A stretch of DNA of 62,700 nt, filler included, from Choristocarpus tenellus KU-1152 (GCA_964200185.2; 14 parts of 14 records of this genome joined end to end with filler, not necessarily neighbours in it), one strand, 5' to 3'; shown: positions 12,510-26,263, numbered from the whole stretch's first letter. Notes: generated by a model from the sequence alone, not told the origin. A program made the numbers and translations.

Positions 12510-15500
12510 CTGGCAAGACACACTTCAGAAGGCTCCGAGTAGGGGGCAAGTACACCAGAAAGCTAAACAAGGACAGCACCATAGATGTCAACAAGGCTGG
12601 TATTAGGGTCATGAATCGACCCTGTCAAGTTGAGCACACAGTAAAACAGGTTCAGCACGAAAGAACATCAAACGGAGGTAAGTAAAGGAGGGACAGCACA
12701 AAGGGAAGGAGGGATGGTCAGAAAGTTGAGTGCTTTTGAGTGCAAAGGAATGCGATAAATCAATATAGTGCACATGCCAGAAAAAGAAAAATCACACTTT
12801 GAAGACATCTCCCACAAAAAAAACCTTGTTACTGAGCAAATGGTGGGTCATGCAAAACACGCCAATGTCATCTGGATTTTTTTTAAAATTAAAATTAAGT
12901 CAGTGAGTCATGTGTAGGGATGAGGGTATAATTCACTCTTTTTCTTATTTTCCATGAGTGACATGTAAAGTCCTAACTAAATAGCGGATGAAATTCTCTA
13001 CACACACAATATTACCACAGAGGTGAGTGAGACAAGTCTCCTACCCACCTTCTACCTATCAATAAACACATCCATACACTTTTTTTTTCAATGCAAGGAC
13101 AATGAGAATGAACAAACTCCTGTGGAAATCGCAAATTGCACCTAAAAAAATGAAACAAACAGTTACTACAAATTACCTATACACAACTATAAATGAATTC
13201 TTGTAAGTTTTCCCGAACATCAGAGCACACAACACATTCACCAACAATAACTAGTAGTTCTGCACATCCAGAAGTGAAAGACAAGTAAGTGTGGTGCATT
13301 GAAGTACCTATTCACTCTATGACAAGTCCAAGCCGTCCATCATCGTGATGCTTACTATTAGTGGGCTATGGTAGGCAGACCCAAGCACAAATAAGCATCG
13401 CAAGACAGAAAAACCTGTCATGGAAAGTTTTGAAATACCTGTCCTTGTGACTTGGGCTACAAAAACATGCACAAAAATCACATTCTAATCTCAGAACCAA
13501 AATAAGGTAGATCATCCACAAGAGTTCCTCTTGCACACCATAATGAGAATCAGAGCACAGACAGGTATCCACATTGCACTGTAATAAACTGCGATAAAGC
13601 TGCCTGTTTAGTAGTTTGTAAGCTATGGTAAAAATCATCACTAACCTGCAAAAGGCATCTGGCGATGCAGCTGCTCAGCTGTGTGATACTCAAGCTTCAG
13701 TCAAAAACCAAAGCCAAGTCTGTCAGCCGATGCAATATCTACAGAATGCCCATGTGAAGGTTGATTTTCCTACTCCACCGCTACTGTTGCCTGCTTGCAA
13801 GTAGTATAGTACAAACAAGTATGCTTCTTTGCTCGTTGCTTATCATCATCCTATTACAACCCAATGAAATTATTTTTATCCTCCATAGTCAAGATAGCAA
13901 CCCACCTCAGCCAGGTCATGACCCTGTAGCCTCTTGACGTTTTAGAGACATCAAGGTACCACTCCACCACCTGGGGGTGCTAACTAGCCCTGCCACACTA
14001 CTCACCTCGGTAGATCAGTAGTACCTCAATACCTTGACACTGGCATGTGGGTGAAGTACAAAAGAGTAAATGGACTCATCTCACCTTCTTGGACCCAAAC
14101 ACCTCCTGGTATCTAAAGTCATCACCATAACCCAGCACAGCAGCACTTCGATACACTATCTTAGAGTCATGAGAAGCACAGACAAAATGGCATGTCCACC
14201 CTGAGCAGGGAATGGGAGGGAGGGAGGGAGGGAGGGAGGGAGGGAGGGAGGGAGGGAGGGGTGAAAGCAAGGATGGGGAAAGCTTCCCAGTACCTATGTC
14301 TATGGTGTCCTCGTGCTACAAAAGTGCTAACGCTAACATGCAAGGCCTTTTGCACAAAGCTAACCCTAACCCTAACCCTAACCCGTTCAATAAGTGACTC
14401 CACAAAAAAATCCTAAACTCTGCCAGCAAGCGGTTACTGCATTGCAGGCGTTCGTCCTTTGAAAGCAGGAAAGTCCTCAAGAAACCTATGAAATGGCACA
14501 GTGACTGCCCACTATCCAGGAAAGGTTTCACCACTTTGGGAAAGGCTCTATGTCAAAACAAAACAGTACGGATCTTTCCACTCAAATGGAACTAATATCA
14601 TGGGTAGTCCATCCTGAGAGTGGTCAAATGCACTTCTGAAGAGTCTCCTATAACTCCAACAAAGGCTCCCGGGACACAGTGGTCGCCCTGTTCATATGCA
14701 TTGCACACCCTTTTACAGCTTTGTCAGTCCACCAAATACTTCACACAACAGTGATGAAAATTAGCAAAAGCGACACATAAAATCTATATAACAAACCCCA
14801 CCCTCTCAAAAACCATGCATAAAATCTGTAACAAACCCTATCCTCTCCAACGACTCACAGCTCAAATTTCCCCATCCAACATGTTCCCAGGAGTCAAAAC
14901 TCTGCGAATAAATCCTAACCCTACCTTGAATATCCGAGTCATATCCAAAACCGCCCACAGGCCTTCTCTCCGAAGCAGTGGGGGTATCGGCTAGAGGAGA
15001 CAGCAGAAGAGGATCCTTGACCTGCTTCAATTTACTCTTTCCTCCCTTCCAGAGCATGTCAGCAAAAGCCATCATACTAGTGACTGTCCCGCCGCTGCAG
15101 TATGATGTATGTCGACAGATAGTACAACTACGTGTTACATGTGTTCAACTCAGCGCAAGGCAGATGTTCTTAAAAAAAATAAAAGGCCAGTGATACTACT
15201 ATCTGTGTCTTTCACATCTAGGACACAGTAAGAAGTTCGAAGAAATTTGAAACATCAACCAGAAAAAAGATTTCTCCTACAAGATGATCGGAAGACCAAA
15301 GCAATGATAAATCCATTCCAAAATCAAAGAACAGCAAGTGCAAATCAAGAACGGATTGTAAATACACAGACCGACTTAGATCAATGAAGGAATTTAACCT
15401 ACTAAAAACAAGAGCAAATGTAGCTGATCGGAGCACTGCACCAGGAGGCTTAAGCCACGCAGCTGCAAAGACTCAAGTCTGGCTCAACTTCAGCAGAAAA

Positions 15501-16993
15501 AAAAAAATGCAATAGACTTCGCCATAAAAGGAATTGCGGGGGATAATTTAAAAGTTTTTTCTACAACAAGGACACTAAAAAAAATTGTTCTAAATTTGGA
15601 AGGCCAATTAGCAGATGCTGTACAGAGTGACATGGCAGCTAGTACCATCAGCCATAACCAAACATATCATTTGATAATTGCTGATCTATGGTTGAGCGCT
15701 CTTATGTTCACCCTAAACCTTTCATTAAAAGTTATCCCAATGCAATTCTACAGATTCTTAGTCGGTTTGGAATTATTATTATTCAAGTCTTCTGCCATGA
15801 AGTCATACGCTGCTATTGCTCTATTTACGTCCAAGGTTGTGGAGTTTAATGCCCTTTTCAACCGTTTCAATATCATCCTTAATGACTGTTTAATTGACAC
15901 TTCCATCTAGGCAACATCTTCTTTACAATCGCAGTCGTGAACTTTCCATTACTACTTTACCTTACAACAATCTCTCAGCAAGCTCCTTTACCTCTGTTGC
16001 ACTAGCATTAGACCGTCCTTCTTCTTCAAGGCTTATTGCAATCACTCACCGAGAGAAACAAACAGGGAGATGACAGTACATTGCAATGGTGCTGACTACC
16101 GGACATCACACATGAACCACAATATGCACCAAGAATAAAGTCCCCCCGGTGGGGAGAGGAGAGGCTAACCTATCCAGAGTTGAGCTTGATTAAGTGATTT
16201 TCAGTCATCCAAAATGCCCACTTGTCAATCACTAATATATCACATACATACATACATAATACATACACACATACAAACTCAGAAATAATCTAGCAATAAC
16301 GGCGCTACTGACTGATCAAAAGTTAGAACCGCCTTTCTAAAAGTTCAACTACTTTTTCAGCGTCATTCCACCATTTTTTCTCATGAAAAATGACAGCATA
16401 ACAAATCAAGGGACCAGGGTGGCAAAAGCAGGAGATGGCAGTGCTCCAGCGAAGGAGCTGTACAAATAGTCAAACATACTGAAACAGAAGAAAGGGCTGT
16501 TGTGGGAGGACTTGAAAGAAGGCACAAAAGTATGCATGAAATACAAATGAAGATTGCACTACCATTCTTTGCTTGTCGCAGTGAATCTAACAAGGGTGTT
16601 GCAAGGACATAAACTCAAAAGCTCAGGTATTCATCACCAAGGCATTGACCTCTTTCACGTTCCAACCTCACCTGATCCCACCCTTCACATCCCGAAAATA
16701 GTATTTCACAGCATTGGGGCTGCGGCCATGGACTCTCTTCATGTGTTCCACCATCATCAAAGCACCCATGTCCTGTAGGAGGGTTTGTACCAAACATTGC
16801 AGGGTTGGAGGCAAAAGCGTAGGACCAATACTGGACCGACAAGGACTTTATGTTGTCGATATCTAAGAGAAAGGTTGTCAATACCTCACCGCCGGTATAG
16901 AATCAAATCCACAGCTTGGGATGATCTTGGCTCCAGTACGTTCCGCCTCCTTCTGATACTTCTCGATGATATCCTTCACCCATAGTGACTCCC
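12510..16993 (-). CDS. SCCPDH: Saccharopine dehydrogenase-like oxidoreductase (SCCPDH / trans-acting enoyl reductase family), internal exons 16993-16890, 16772-16672, 15094-14925, 14200-14085, 12621-12510
   Basis: Spliced peptide GESLWVKDIIEKY..GAKIIPSCGFDSIPA|DMG..KGGIS|GGTVTS..DPLLLSP..GYD..|GWTCHFVCASHDSKIVYRSAAVLGYGDDFRYQE..|..PPTRSLLKCVLP; hallmark CGFDSIPxD and SGGT motifs; all four junctions GT-AG and phase-consistent. Confidence 0.9.
14214..14260. repeat. (GGGA)n microsatellite, forming the polypyrimidine tract of the SCCPDH acceptor on the minus strand
   Basis: Direct read; lies just upstream of the acceptor at 14201-14203. Confidence 0.9.
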
Positions 16994-17353
16994 CTGTTAG
17001 NNNNNNNNNNNNNNNNNNNNNNNNNNNNNNNNNNNNNNNNNNNNTTAATTAATTAANNNNNNNNNNNNNNNNNNNNNNNNNNNNNNNNNNNNNNNNNNNN
17101 TTCCGTGTGTTGCGTTCCCCCCCCCCCTCACCCGCCTCCTCTACTCTGTTCAACCTTTTTTTTTTCCTTCTTGTTGGTGGTGTGTTGCATTCATCACAGA
17201 CATCCCTCTTACACGCTGTGCATTTCCTATGCATCACAGACATCCTTGGTCCTGTGTTTGTTATCGGCTTTTGGTGACTGTCTGCTGTTGTCGTCTGCTG
17301 TTCCCCCTCCCTTTCCTCTTTTTTCTTTGAAATACAATCTGACACAACTGAAG

Positions 17354-19040
17354 ACATTGCCCCAGAGGTTCTCGGGCGCAACTATAGCAAGGCTTGTGGT
17401 GAGTCGAAAGTGTTTTACAGTTTCAAAACACTGATGGGGTGTCCATCAAGAGAGAGAAAAAAAAACTAAAATCGGTGTTTTTTATCTTGAAGTATCCATT
17501 GTGTTACCAAGAAAAGTACGGGGGGAGGGGGGGGATTGAGCCTGCCTGTTCTTCGTACATATTTTGGATTGAGTTGAAAGGCATATCTGAGACTTCGACA
17601 AAGTGAGGAAAATGTTTCCAGAACAAGTACTTACTCTCACAGAGTGAAAGATATACATATATAGATACAGATACACTTCCCCATCTCCTTAACGTGCCAT
17701 CCTAAATGGATCTTCCTCTCCCTCTGTAACTCCACCAAAGCTATCCCTCATGTGACTCACCCTGGTGCGGTCTCCTGATATTTTCCCATCGCCTGCTATC
17801 ATGTCAGATCTGTGGTCCATTGGGGTGATTTCGTACATTTTGCTTTGTGGTTATCCCCCTTTCTATGGCGAGAATGACAAGGCCATATTTGATTCTGTTA
17901 GGGCTGGCGCCTTTGACTTTCCAAGTCCAGAATGGGACTCTATTTCTGAGGGGGCAAAGGGCTTCATCACAGACCTCTTGCAGATCGACCCTTCAAAGAG
18001 ACCAACGGCATCAGAGGTGAGAAGGAGTGGGGGCTGGGGGCTTGGGGCTGGGCATGCTTGGTTTTGAGTGGGGGAATAACACAACAAAAAGAGAGGGGGA
18101 AAAGCTTTGAGAGGAAGAGATTTGGGGGGTGGGGGGTGGGGTTCAAATCAGGTACAGCTGTGGTGAAGTTCTGGTTGGGGTGGATGTTTTGAGTGGAGAG
18201 TGATGGCAATGTGGGATTAAAGACTTGATGATTTGGAATATGTATACTGATGATTATTGAAAGAAAGCTTAAATTCTTTTCTAGGCTGGTAAAACACTTC
18301 CCATACTGCCCCCCTAGCCCATACAACTACTGAGTGAAAAACAGTTGAGCTCCAAACCCAGCTTGCCTGCACTATTAATGCCTACAGTTTCACACACCCC
18401 ATCCCCCATGACCTCATCCTTTCAAGGCATTGAAGCACTCGTGGCTCCAGTGTGGTGCGGCGGCAGCAAGTGAAAATCCCATCTACCTAAGCCAAACGCT
18501 TCGCAGGTTCACGGCAATGGGACACCTAAAAAGAACAGCCCTGAATGTGATTGCAAATCAACTCACCGAGGCAGACATAGGTGTGTGAGGGAACAGTGAA
18601 AGCGGTCGAGGAGGGGAGTTGTTCCGCCGGTAGTGAGGCGTTTGTATGTGTGCATCACATACTGTATGTTGTGCTGTTGATATTATGAACGGTAGTTCGC
18701 AGGGTAGGTAAGGTACAAGTGCAGGACAGAGCCCATCCGATTGGCTCGATGTGATACATGGGCTATTCCATTGGTGGAAGCGGTGCTGTCGCCTTCCATG
18801 GATGTTGAAGGGGTGTGTTGAGGTGCTGGGAGTAGAAGGTCGGATGAGAGATTGTTGCTCAACTGGAGTGTTTTCCCGCCGTGTCCCGTTCCATCATGTC
18901 CTGAGCTATCTAACCCTTGTTGCTTTTCGTTGTTTTTTGGATTTTGTTAGGGCATTTACGGCAGGTCTTCCAGAAAATAGACGTCGATGGGAACGGGGTG
19001 ATAACGATCGATGAACTCACTGAGGTGGTCAAATCTGAAG
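17354..19040 (+). CDS. Calcium-dependent protein kinase (CDPK), internal exons 17354-17398, 17808-18016, 18427-18580, 18951-19040
   Basis: Spliced peptide IAPEVLGRNYSKAC|DLWSIGVISYILLCGYPPFYG..RPTASE|ALKHSW..LRRFTAMGHLKRTALNVIANQLTEADI|GHLRQVFQKIDVDGNGVITIDEL: kinase subdomains VIII-XI, autoinhibitory junction, EF-hand 1; phases match. Confidence 0.95.
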
Positions 19041-20789
19041 GTAAATGGTTGATGTGGACATATGCCAAAACTCATATTTCTGGAAGTGTTTGGTTAAGAG
19101 TGACACCGTTGCATATGCTGGTACCAGTGGGCTGCGGAAAGGAGTCTGCGTGAATTACGGGGGTTCCATGCGTATCAATGGCGTTATTGGTTGTTGCCTT
19201 GGACACAGAGGTTATAAAATGAAAACGAAGTACTTTTGCCTGGAGAGCACAAAGGTTTGTCAGTGGCATCTCTGTAGGTGTTGTCCAGAAATTCAAATAT
19301 ACACCCACTTTTGATGCTGCTGGGGGTTGTCATTAGTCCAGTAACCTGTTCCGACTGTAAGCGGTGGTAATAAAAATATTATGTATCGTTATTTCTTGAG
19401 GAGGATCACTTGAGAGGACTAGTCCTTTCTCAATCACAGATTTCTTTTTGACATGGATTTTGGCCATCCACCTCGCCCGTCAGCCTTGTTGTGGCGATGA
19501 TGACTTCAGTGTACTATTGTATACTGCTTTGTGTGTATAATATCCTAAACGGTATGTAGCACTTGTTGGTCAGCATGTGGTTTCTGTTCTTCTTCTCCTA
19601 GTGAGAGGGTGGTTATGTATTTTGGGATTTTTTTTCAGCAGGTAAGCAATGAGGCCCTGCAAGGGGAGCTTGAGATGAGCAGAGGCTCTGGGTTCAAAAT
19701 CTGGGGTATGTGTAAGATTTATTGCATCGTCTGAGCTAAACCACACTTGCCCTCCTTTGTATGGTACTTCTGTCTACCTTCCTCCCGTGTAGTGTAGTTT
19801 GTATTGTGTGCATTGGCGTTCATATGAAATACTATATCATTACTACTGTTGTATCGCAGTAGGTTGAGGTGCTGATGGATGGTTTGCACTGTTGTTGATG
19901 CCCTTGACTTTCTTACATATGTGTTTATCGTAATGCAACTATCAAGTGGTACCACATCCCATGCTTGGTTGGTGCAGTTCTGCTGCTTGAGAACACCCTC
20001 ACCTCACTCCCTGACAAACCGAGTTCGGCCGGGGGNNNNNNNNNNNNNNNNNNNNNNNNNNNNNNNNNNNNNNNNNNNNTTAATTAATTAANNNNNNNNN
20101 NNNNNNNNNNNNNNNNNNNNNNNNNNNNNNNNNNNTAGAATATATGGCTCCCACATCACCTCCCCCCCCCCTATGTGGTTTGATGCAGGTATCAAAACAA
20201 CACGGGTGTCAATGGGAAATGGAGGAAGTGTTTATGGAGAAAAACTGACATGAGCATTGAAGAATAAAGAATAGCCTCTCAACAAGGAAATACTGTCTTG
20301 CAGGACAGTTGTGTACACAATAATATCTACATATTTGCTAAAATGCAGAGCAAAAAATATTTTTTTGTGAGGCCTCACTACGTAGCACTTTTAACTAAGA
20401 TTGATTTGGTGGCAACCAAATCAGTGCCGCTCCACCTTGATCAGGAGTAAGATAGTAAAACATATCTGGGCACATGGAAAGATCACGATTTCGATGTATC
20501 AGATATGACCACGTCTAGTGAAATCTTCAACGTGAAAAGGGGCATGGGCAAGGACTAGCTAGTTCTAGGATGAAATTATGTTAACATCATCAAGGAGATA
20601 TAGACACAAAAGCATAGACCACCATCTCCAATGAGGAGGGGAAAAAAACAAAAACATGAGAGACTCCCAATGGGAGCGCAGAAATCGTGATCAAATTACA
20701 GCTGTTTAGCTTCAGGACCAAGCATTGTAAGACTTGCGTATTTAAAAATCAACACCATATCACATGGATGTTCTAATCAATAAAAAATA

Positions 20790-21835
20790 ATTTGGAAAAA
20801 GAAAGTCAATTTTAAAATGTGGAGAAACACGGGGATGGAGTTGGCCATACACCATCACTGAAACAACTGTTGAATAATACGGTTGCCTTTTGAAAAAAAT
20901 ACTAAAACAAGTGCACAAGAGTCATTTGGAAAAAATAAACTCAGATCTTCTCCGTTCATACATGGCTGCACATGATTTTAAAAAATCTCCTTAACATAAG
21001 TTGATATCAACCAGAATAAACATCCATGTAAAATATATATATTGAAGAACACAACCACAAATCATTGAATAAAGCACAAATATTATTTGCAACACCAATA
21101 TATTAAAAAAACGTATCACCTTCAGCATAAAGTTCAATCAAGTATGGAAACCTTTCATGGATCAGAGTGGGTAACAACCGAAGGTTTTGTGTTGGAATAA
21201 GGTGTATCCAGACAATGTTGCAGTCGATATGTAGAAATCATTTCTGCACATCGTGGCAAGTTACGTGGATGATAGAATACATCAGAGGCACGATCATAAC
21301 CTTTAAGGCGTAATCTATATTCTGTGTTCATAGGTGAACGAGATCCATGCTCAAACTTGTGTCCTACATTGCCTTCAATAATATAAGGACCAATGGTTAC
21401 CGGGGATTCTAAATCATCAAGATCTGGTAAGGGCAAAGTAGGGTCAAGAAAAAATTCATTGAGTTTCATAAGATCAGGTTCAAATGGTTGTGTGTTCAGA
21501 ATGTGTAAGGTTTCATGTGGGCTAACTGAACAGAAATATCTTTGATATCACCTTGTTTGCGGACACAGTAAGCTACAGGGGAAATCTTGGCAGTCACTGT
21601 GAAAGGTCCACGCCAAGGGTGAATCAATTTTGGGTTAGGTCCGTCACAGTCAATATGTGGACGATGTACCAAAACTTGAGCTCCAAGCTGAAACATGGGA
21701 AAACAAGAGTTTCATTGCTAGCAATTTTTCTAGCGTTCCGTTCTCCCAGAATGCGACGGGCCAACTCCAAACCTATCTGTAAATTCTCAGCTGTTGATTG
21801 AGTAAACTTCTGACTAGATTAGGTAACTGTTGTTT
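20790..21835 (-). mobile_element. Ty3/Gypsy 3' fragment: integrase GPY/F module, chromodomain and 3' UTR (degenerate)
   Basis: PKLIHPWRGPFTV..PVAY..AHMKPY then YIIEGNVGHK..EYRLRLKGY; DNA is homologous to about 46240-47193 including the AT-rich tail. Confidence 0.88.
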
Positions 21836-22202
21836 TGGATATAGTGTTGGCAGTCGCCTCCTGCATCAACTTTGTCGTGCCATAACTTTTAATCAACAAC
21901 GAATTTTTTCATGAAAAATATTTTTGTGATCGCATCAGCATGCTTAACCTTATTTGATGGTCTCGGCTGACCACCTTACAGTTATCGTGAGAAACAGAGG
22001 ACCATTCTTATATCAAGTATTCCGCGCGCGAACCGCGCATTTTAGGATGAATTTGACGCCTAATGAGGTCATCTTCACCCGGAGAACATGGGCGTTGTTG
22101 TCTCTCCATTCTGTTTCCATTATTTCCCATTAATGCAAGGTTGTCACCTGCTGGCTAATGCTCACTCATGGGGGCCCAGGCCTCTGAACCAGTCCATCCC
22201 AG

Positions 22203-22500
22203 TCAAATGAGGTATCGAAGGGCGCTCCAGTGAGACTTAAAGGTCTTGTATACCCTGTCCGATTTAATGCACTCCAGGCCTTTCTCGTTGGAATATATCA
22301 GGTGGTAAGCAATACTTATCCTGAAGAATCTCTCCACAATTACTCTGGACAGCTCCCCTTCATCCTTATGACTGACCGGAGTGTTGTCTCTCATTCCAGG
22401 CAAGGTGTAGTCACAATGACCTCGTAAATAATGCTTCGCCTCCCCCCAGACCATCTCTATCGGGTTTAAATCACAGTGTCCTGTGAGGGGCAGGTGACAA
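22203..22500 (-). mobile_element. IS630/Tc1-like (DDE_3) transposase C-terminal fragment
   Basis: GHCDLNPIEMVWGEAKHYLRGHCDYT..RFFR..KTFKSH; LNPIE-x-VW carries the catalytic Glu. Confidence 0.8.
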
Positions 22501-22587
22501 CTCGGAGCTCATTTGTGCGCCACAGTATCCTGTGAGTGGCTTAAGCAGTACTAAGCCGAGGTTCGTCCACGTCCCGTTTTGGCGGTT

Positions 22588-22878
22588 ACTAATCTTGTTT
22601 TTTTTTAAGAGGTTGATCAACAAGTTAAACGATAGTGAGCATATAAACGAAAGATCTGGATCTAAGTTATCACTGGTCCAAAGGAATTCTTTCGGGAAAA
22701 TATGTTTGGTCGGAACATTTGCAAGGTTGTGCCGAAACCATTCGGCTAAAATTTAACCTTAACAAAAAAAAATCCGAAAAAATCCCTTTGCACATAGCTT
22801 AGATCCAGAGCTTTCACGTGATATGCTCATCGTTGTTTAACTCGTTGGTCAACACTTGAAAAAAAAATCAAGACTGGT
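22588..22878. repeat. Fold-back element of ~290 bp with long imperfect inverted arms
   Basis: 22588-22670 (ACTAATCTTG..GTTAAAC..TGAGCATAT..CTGGATCTAAGTTAT) is approximately the reverse complement of 22794-22878. Confidence 0.8.
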
Positions 22879-23424
22879 CTGATCCTAGAGGCGACTGTCA
22901 ACCCTGTAGGTCAAAAGTGACATTTATCGGGAAAATTGGGCGGCATCCAAAAGCAGGGAAAAAGGAGTTTATTGTAATGTGGTGTTGTATGCCGTCTCGT
23001 GAACCAATTGAAGGAATGGAACAACCGTCGCCCAATTATTCTCTGCTATGTTACTGTATATGGATGACATTTGATACAGAGTAGAATGGATACGCTCTAA
23101 AACAGAGTTACCCTGGTCTGTAGGCGTGGTACGGGTTTATGGTGCATGCTCAAAAACTTGAACATTACTTAACTTTCTTGTTATTGACGTTAACAATTTA
23201 TGCACATATTCGAAATCCCTCCCATACATTAACATGAAACCTCCTTCACATATTCTCTTCAATTTATCTCTATGTACATATCTTCCGTCCTCTATCTAAA
23301 TTGATGGCGAAGTCACGGTCATTGTGCCAGGAATGAGAGGACATCATAGAGTGGTATATCAGGAGGAAGATATCATCAGGAAGGTCAATAGGATTACCCA
23401 AACCAGAATCACCAACCATATCAT

Positions 23425-23599
23425 GACTCCAAGTATCTGGGGGGGGGGGTCTACTCCAGGGTGTCCATTTGGACCCTGACCAGGAAAAGTGCACTTACAT
23501 TATCCATCCGATACATGCAACCAAATCACCCAAAAATTGTGACATGGAAAAATGGGTCCCAAATGGACAGCCGCCACTCCCCCCCAGATAATTTGATCC
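23425..23599 (+). mobile_element. MITE family A, full length, 3-bp TSD CAT
   Basis: cat|GACTCCAAGTATCTGG..CCAGATAATTTGATCC|cat. Confidence 0.93.
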
Positions 23600-25673
23600 C
23601 ATATCCATTTAGTTGGATACGTTGTAACCTTCTACACCCTCGGTTCCACCCTGAATCCTGGCGAGACAAACGCAATCTTTCTGACTTGTCCAATATCAAA
23701 AAGATCAAACGCCTGTAAATTTCCACCAAGGAATATCTTGTGGGTGTGGATGATGATTTATGAGGTGATCGACAGGGCCAGAAGCAGGAAGTAGAGATGG
23801 AGGAACAAAGCTGTGGAGATGATAATGTTAAGGGGTTGGATTAAAGTTAGAGTTGAGAGAATGACAGTAAAGAATAGACTGCACAGCCTCTGTGAACTCA
23901 ACAAGGACGGAAAGAGGGGGGCTACAGCTTCAAAGTATCTGACTCTTTCAAGAAATATTTCATGACAGTTGTGATGATAATAAGGACGAGAGTGGAGGCA
24001 AAGTTGAGGTGAGGACGGGTTGTCAGTATTTTCGCTACATCTCTCGTGGAAATAAGAAGGGGAATGGCAGGGTTTCGACCTCTCAAGTCTCCAAGTTCTC
24101 TTTGATTGGATACAATATCAGCAATGAGAACAAGGACGAGAGAGTGGAAGTGACTTGGATCCAGAGGAAAGGGATAATCAACGGGAATCGTGTAACCCCT
24201 TTGGACAGACAAGTAGAAGAAGGCTATGGTTATATCTTCCAAAAAGCAGCCCCCTTTGGAAAGCAGTGACAACATTGATGTCAGGATGGAAGAGTTTGAA
24301 GATATAGACGACCTATTCGGATAAATACTGGCAAACCCTGAGTTGGAATGTGATGACCACGATGGTGAGAATTCGGACTCACAGGAGTCAACCAAATTCT
24401 ACAAGTCAACAAAGGCAAGAAACGTTGACCTAAGACCCCTGCATCCTTTGTTCTTCGTATAGTATTGGCGAGAAAAACGACAATGACATACACTTTAAGT
24501 CTTAGCAACAATGACGACAATACGTTTAAATTAGGCATCAGTGGGGGATGCTATTGGAAGTTGAAGAAAAAAACTTGCCTCTAATACTAACCAGAAAACA
24601 AAAAGTCACCTTTGCGTCTAGTCTGATCGTCAGGAAGGCAACTTCAATGTCGCAATCTTCTTGAAAGGAAAACAAGCGATCCTGGTCTCGGGAGGAGTGA
24701 GCACAGGAGGTAGAGGCAGGGGGAAGAGCAAGAGTTTGCGGGGAGAGAAGGAAGGAAGCGAAATACTGGAAGCCCAGGAATGGCGGGAACAGGGGAATGA
24801 TGATGAGGAGGAGAAGCAAAGCCAGAAAGAGAGGGATGACACGAATATGCAACAAGTTGTCTATCTCTTTCGAGTCTCTTCACTGGAGGGACCTTGGACA
24901 CGACAAAGGAGAGTGAAACTGAGTGTCAGGGTATAGGTACAGTACCAATAGAAGAAAGGGGGAGATATTAGCAACAACACTGTAGGAAAATGAGAGGGAG
25001 AGGAAATAGGGGGATGGTGTTATTGCCATTGTGGATATGACCGCCGCGGCTGATAGTTGTAACAGAGATAAAGCCGGATTTGGTGAAGGAGGAAAGGAAT
25101 CATCAACATATCGAAAAAACGATGGTGAGGATACAATTGGAGTAACCACAGCTTTCCTTCAAGATTCCAGCAATCGCTTGTTGGAATCAAACTTGGCAAG
25201 GACTATGTTAAAGGGCCGACGAAGCAGAGGGACAAAACCAATAAATAATATATATATATATATATAACGTCACGTATCCTTAAACAGGTGAATTGCTGAG
25301 CACAGTTTCGTAATGGCTAAGATAGGCATGAAGGCGAAATCCATTGTTATGGGTAGTTATTACTATGTCCACGATGCAATCCTTATGGGATACGGTGAGC
25401 CCAAGGGGAACACCAGGCAGACCTTGCAGATGGAAGATATACAGCCTCTGATCAAGAGGAAAGCTATATTTCTCTGTAATGTCGATGTAGAGGACCGGAA
25501 TGATGGTTACTCTTTACGGTATAACATCTGGTACATGTTGACAGAGGCCTACCCGAAGCTGAAGTGTTGGTCAAAGAGAATGACGGACATGACATCCAAA
25601 GTTCCAAAGGTATGACGATGGTCTTGACTTCAAGTGAGAGCTACGGTCATGTTCCAGAATTTGGTTAATGAGT

Positions 25674-25771
25674 GGCTCCAAGTATCTGGGGGGGGGGGGG
25701 GGGGCTACCCCAGGGGGTCCATTTGGACCCTGCCCGGGGGAAGGGCACTTCTTTTATCCTTCCGATGCATG
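25674..25771 (+). mobile_element. MITE family A, truncated by contig end
   Basis: agt|GGCTCCAAGTATCTGGGG..GTCCATTTGGACCCTG. Confidence 0.85.
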
Positions 25772-25871
25772 NNNNNNNNNNNNNNNNNNNNNNNNNNNNN
25801 NNNNNNNNNNNNNNNTTAATTAATTAANNNNNNNNNNNNNNNNNNNNNNNNNNNNNNNNNNNNNNNNNNNN

Positions 25872-25918
25872 AATGGACAAACAGGGAAAAATTCGTACCC
25901 TCTAAGATAGTTTCACTC
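25872..25918 (+). mobile_element. MITE family B right end at contig start
   Basis: AATGGACAAACAGGG..CGTACCCTCTAAGATAGTTTCACTC. Confidence 0.85.
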
Positions 25919-26003
25919 AGCTGAGTCTGTGCAGCACACAGGGGAACCCTCCATCGCCCAGAAGACACCACTGTAATTTTTTTTCACTTTATCGCACGCA
26001 TTT

Positions 26004-26263
26004 GAGTGAAAATATCTTAGAGGGTGCGAGTTTTGCACTGTTTGTCCGTTTGGGGCTTGGCTTCCCATGGGTTCTTTGTGACATTTTACCTACTCCAAAA
26101 CATTTCGGAGTAGGTAAAATGTATACGTTATAAAAAGATGTGTCCGGAACATGGATATTCACACTTTCCTAACAAATGCGATAGCCAAGATTACATCAAA
26201 ACCGCAACATTGGACTTTGTCCCCCAAACAGACGAGGCTCTACCCTCTAAGATACTTTTACTC
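26004..26263 (-). mobile_element. MITE family B, full length, 4-bp TSD ATTT
   Basis: attt|GAGTGAAAATATCTTAGAGGGT..TACCCTCTAAGATACTTTTACTC|attt. Confidence 0.93.

Noticed and set aside
12485-12685. Plus-strand ORF with apparent CAG and GTAAGT splice sites
   Set aside because: It is the antisense shadow of the SCCPDH exon 12621-12510, which has family support
13570-14603. Possible duplicated or mutually exclusive SCCPDH exons (GWTTHDISSI* near 14603; MIFTIAYKLLNRQLYRSLLQC near 13640)
   Set aside because: One has an in-frame stop and the other the wrong phase; DNA similarity to the real exons is weak by eye, so chance is not excluded
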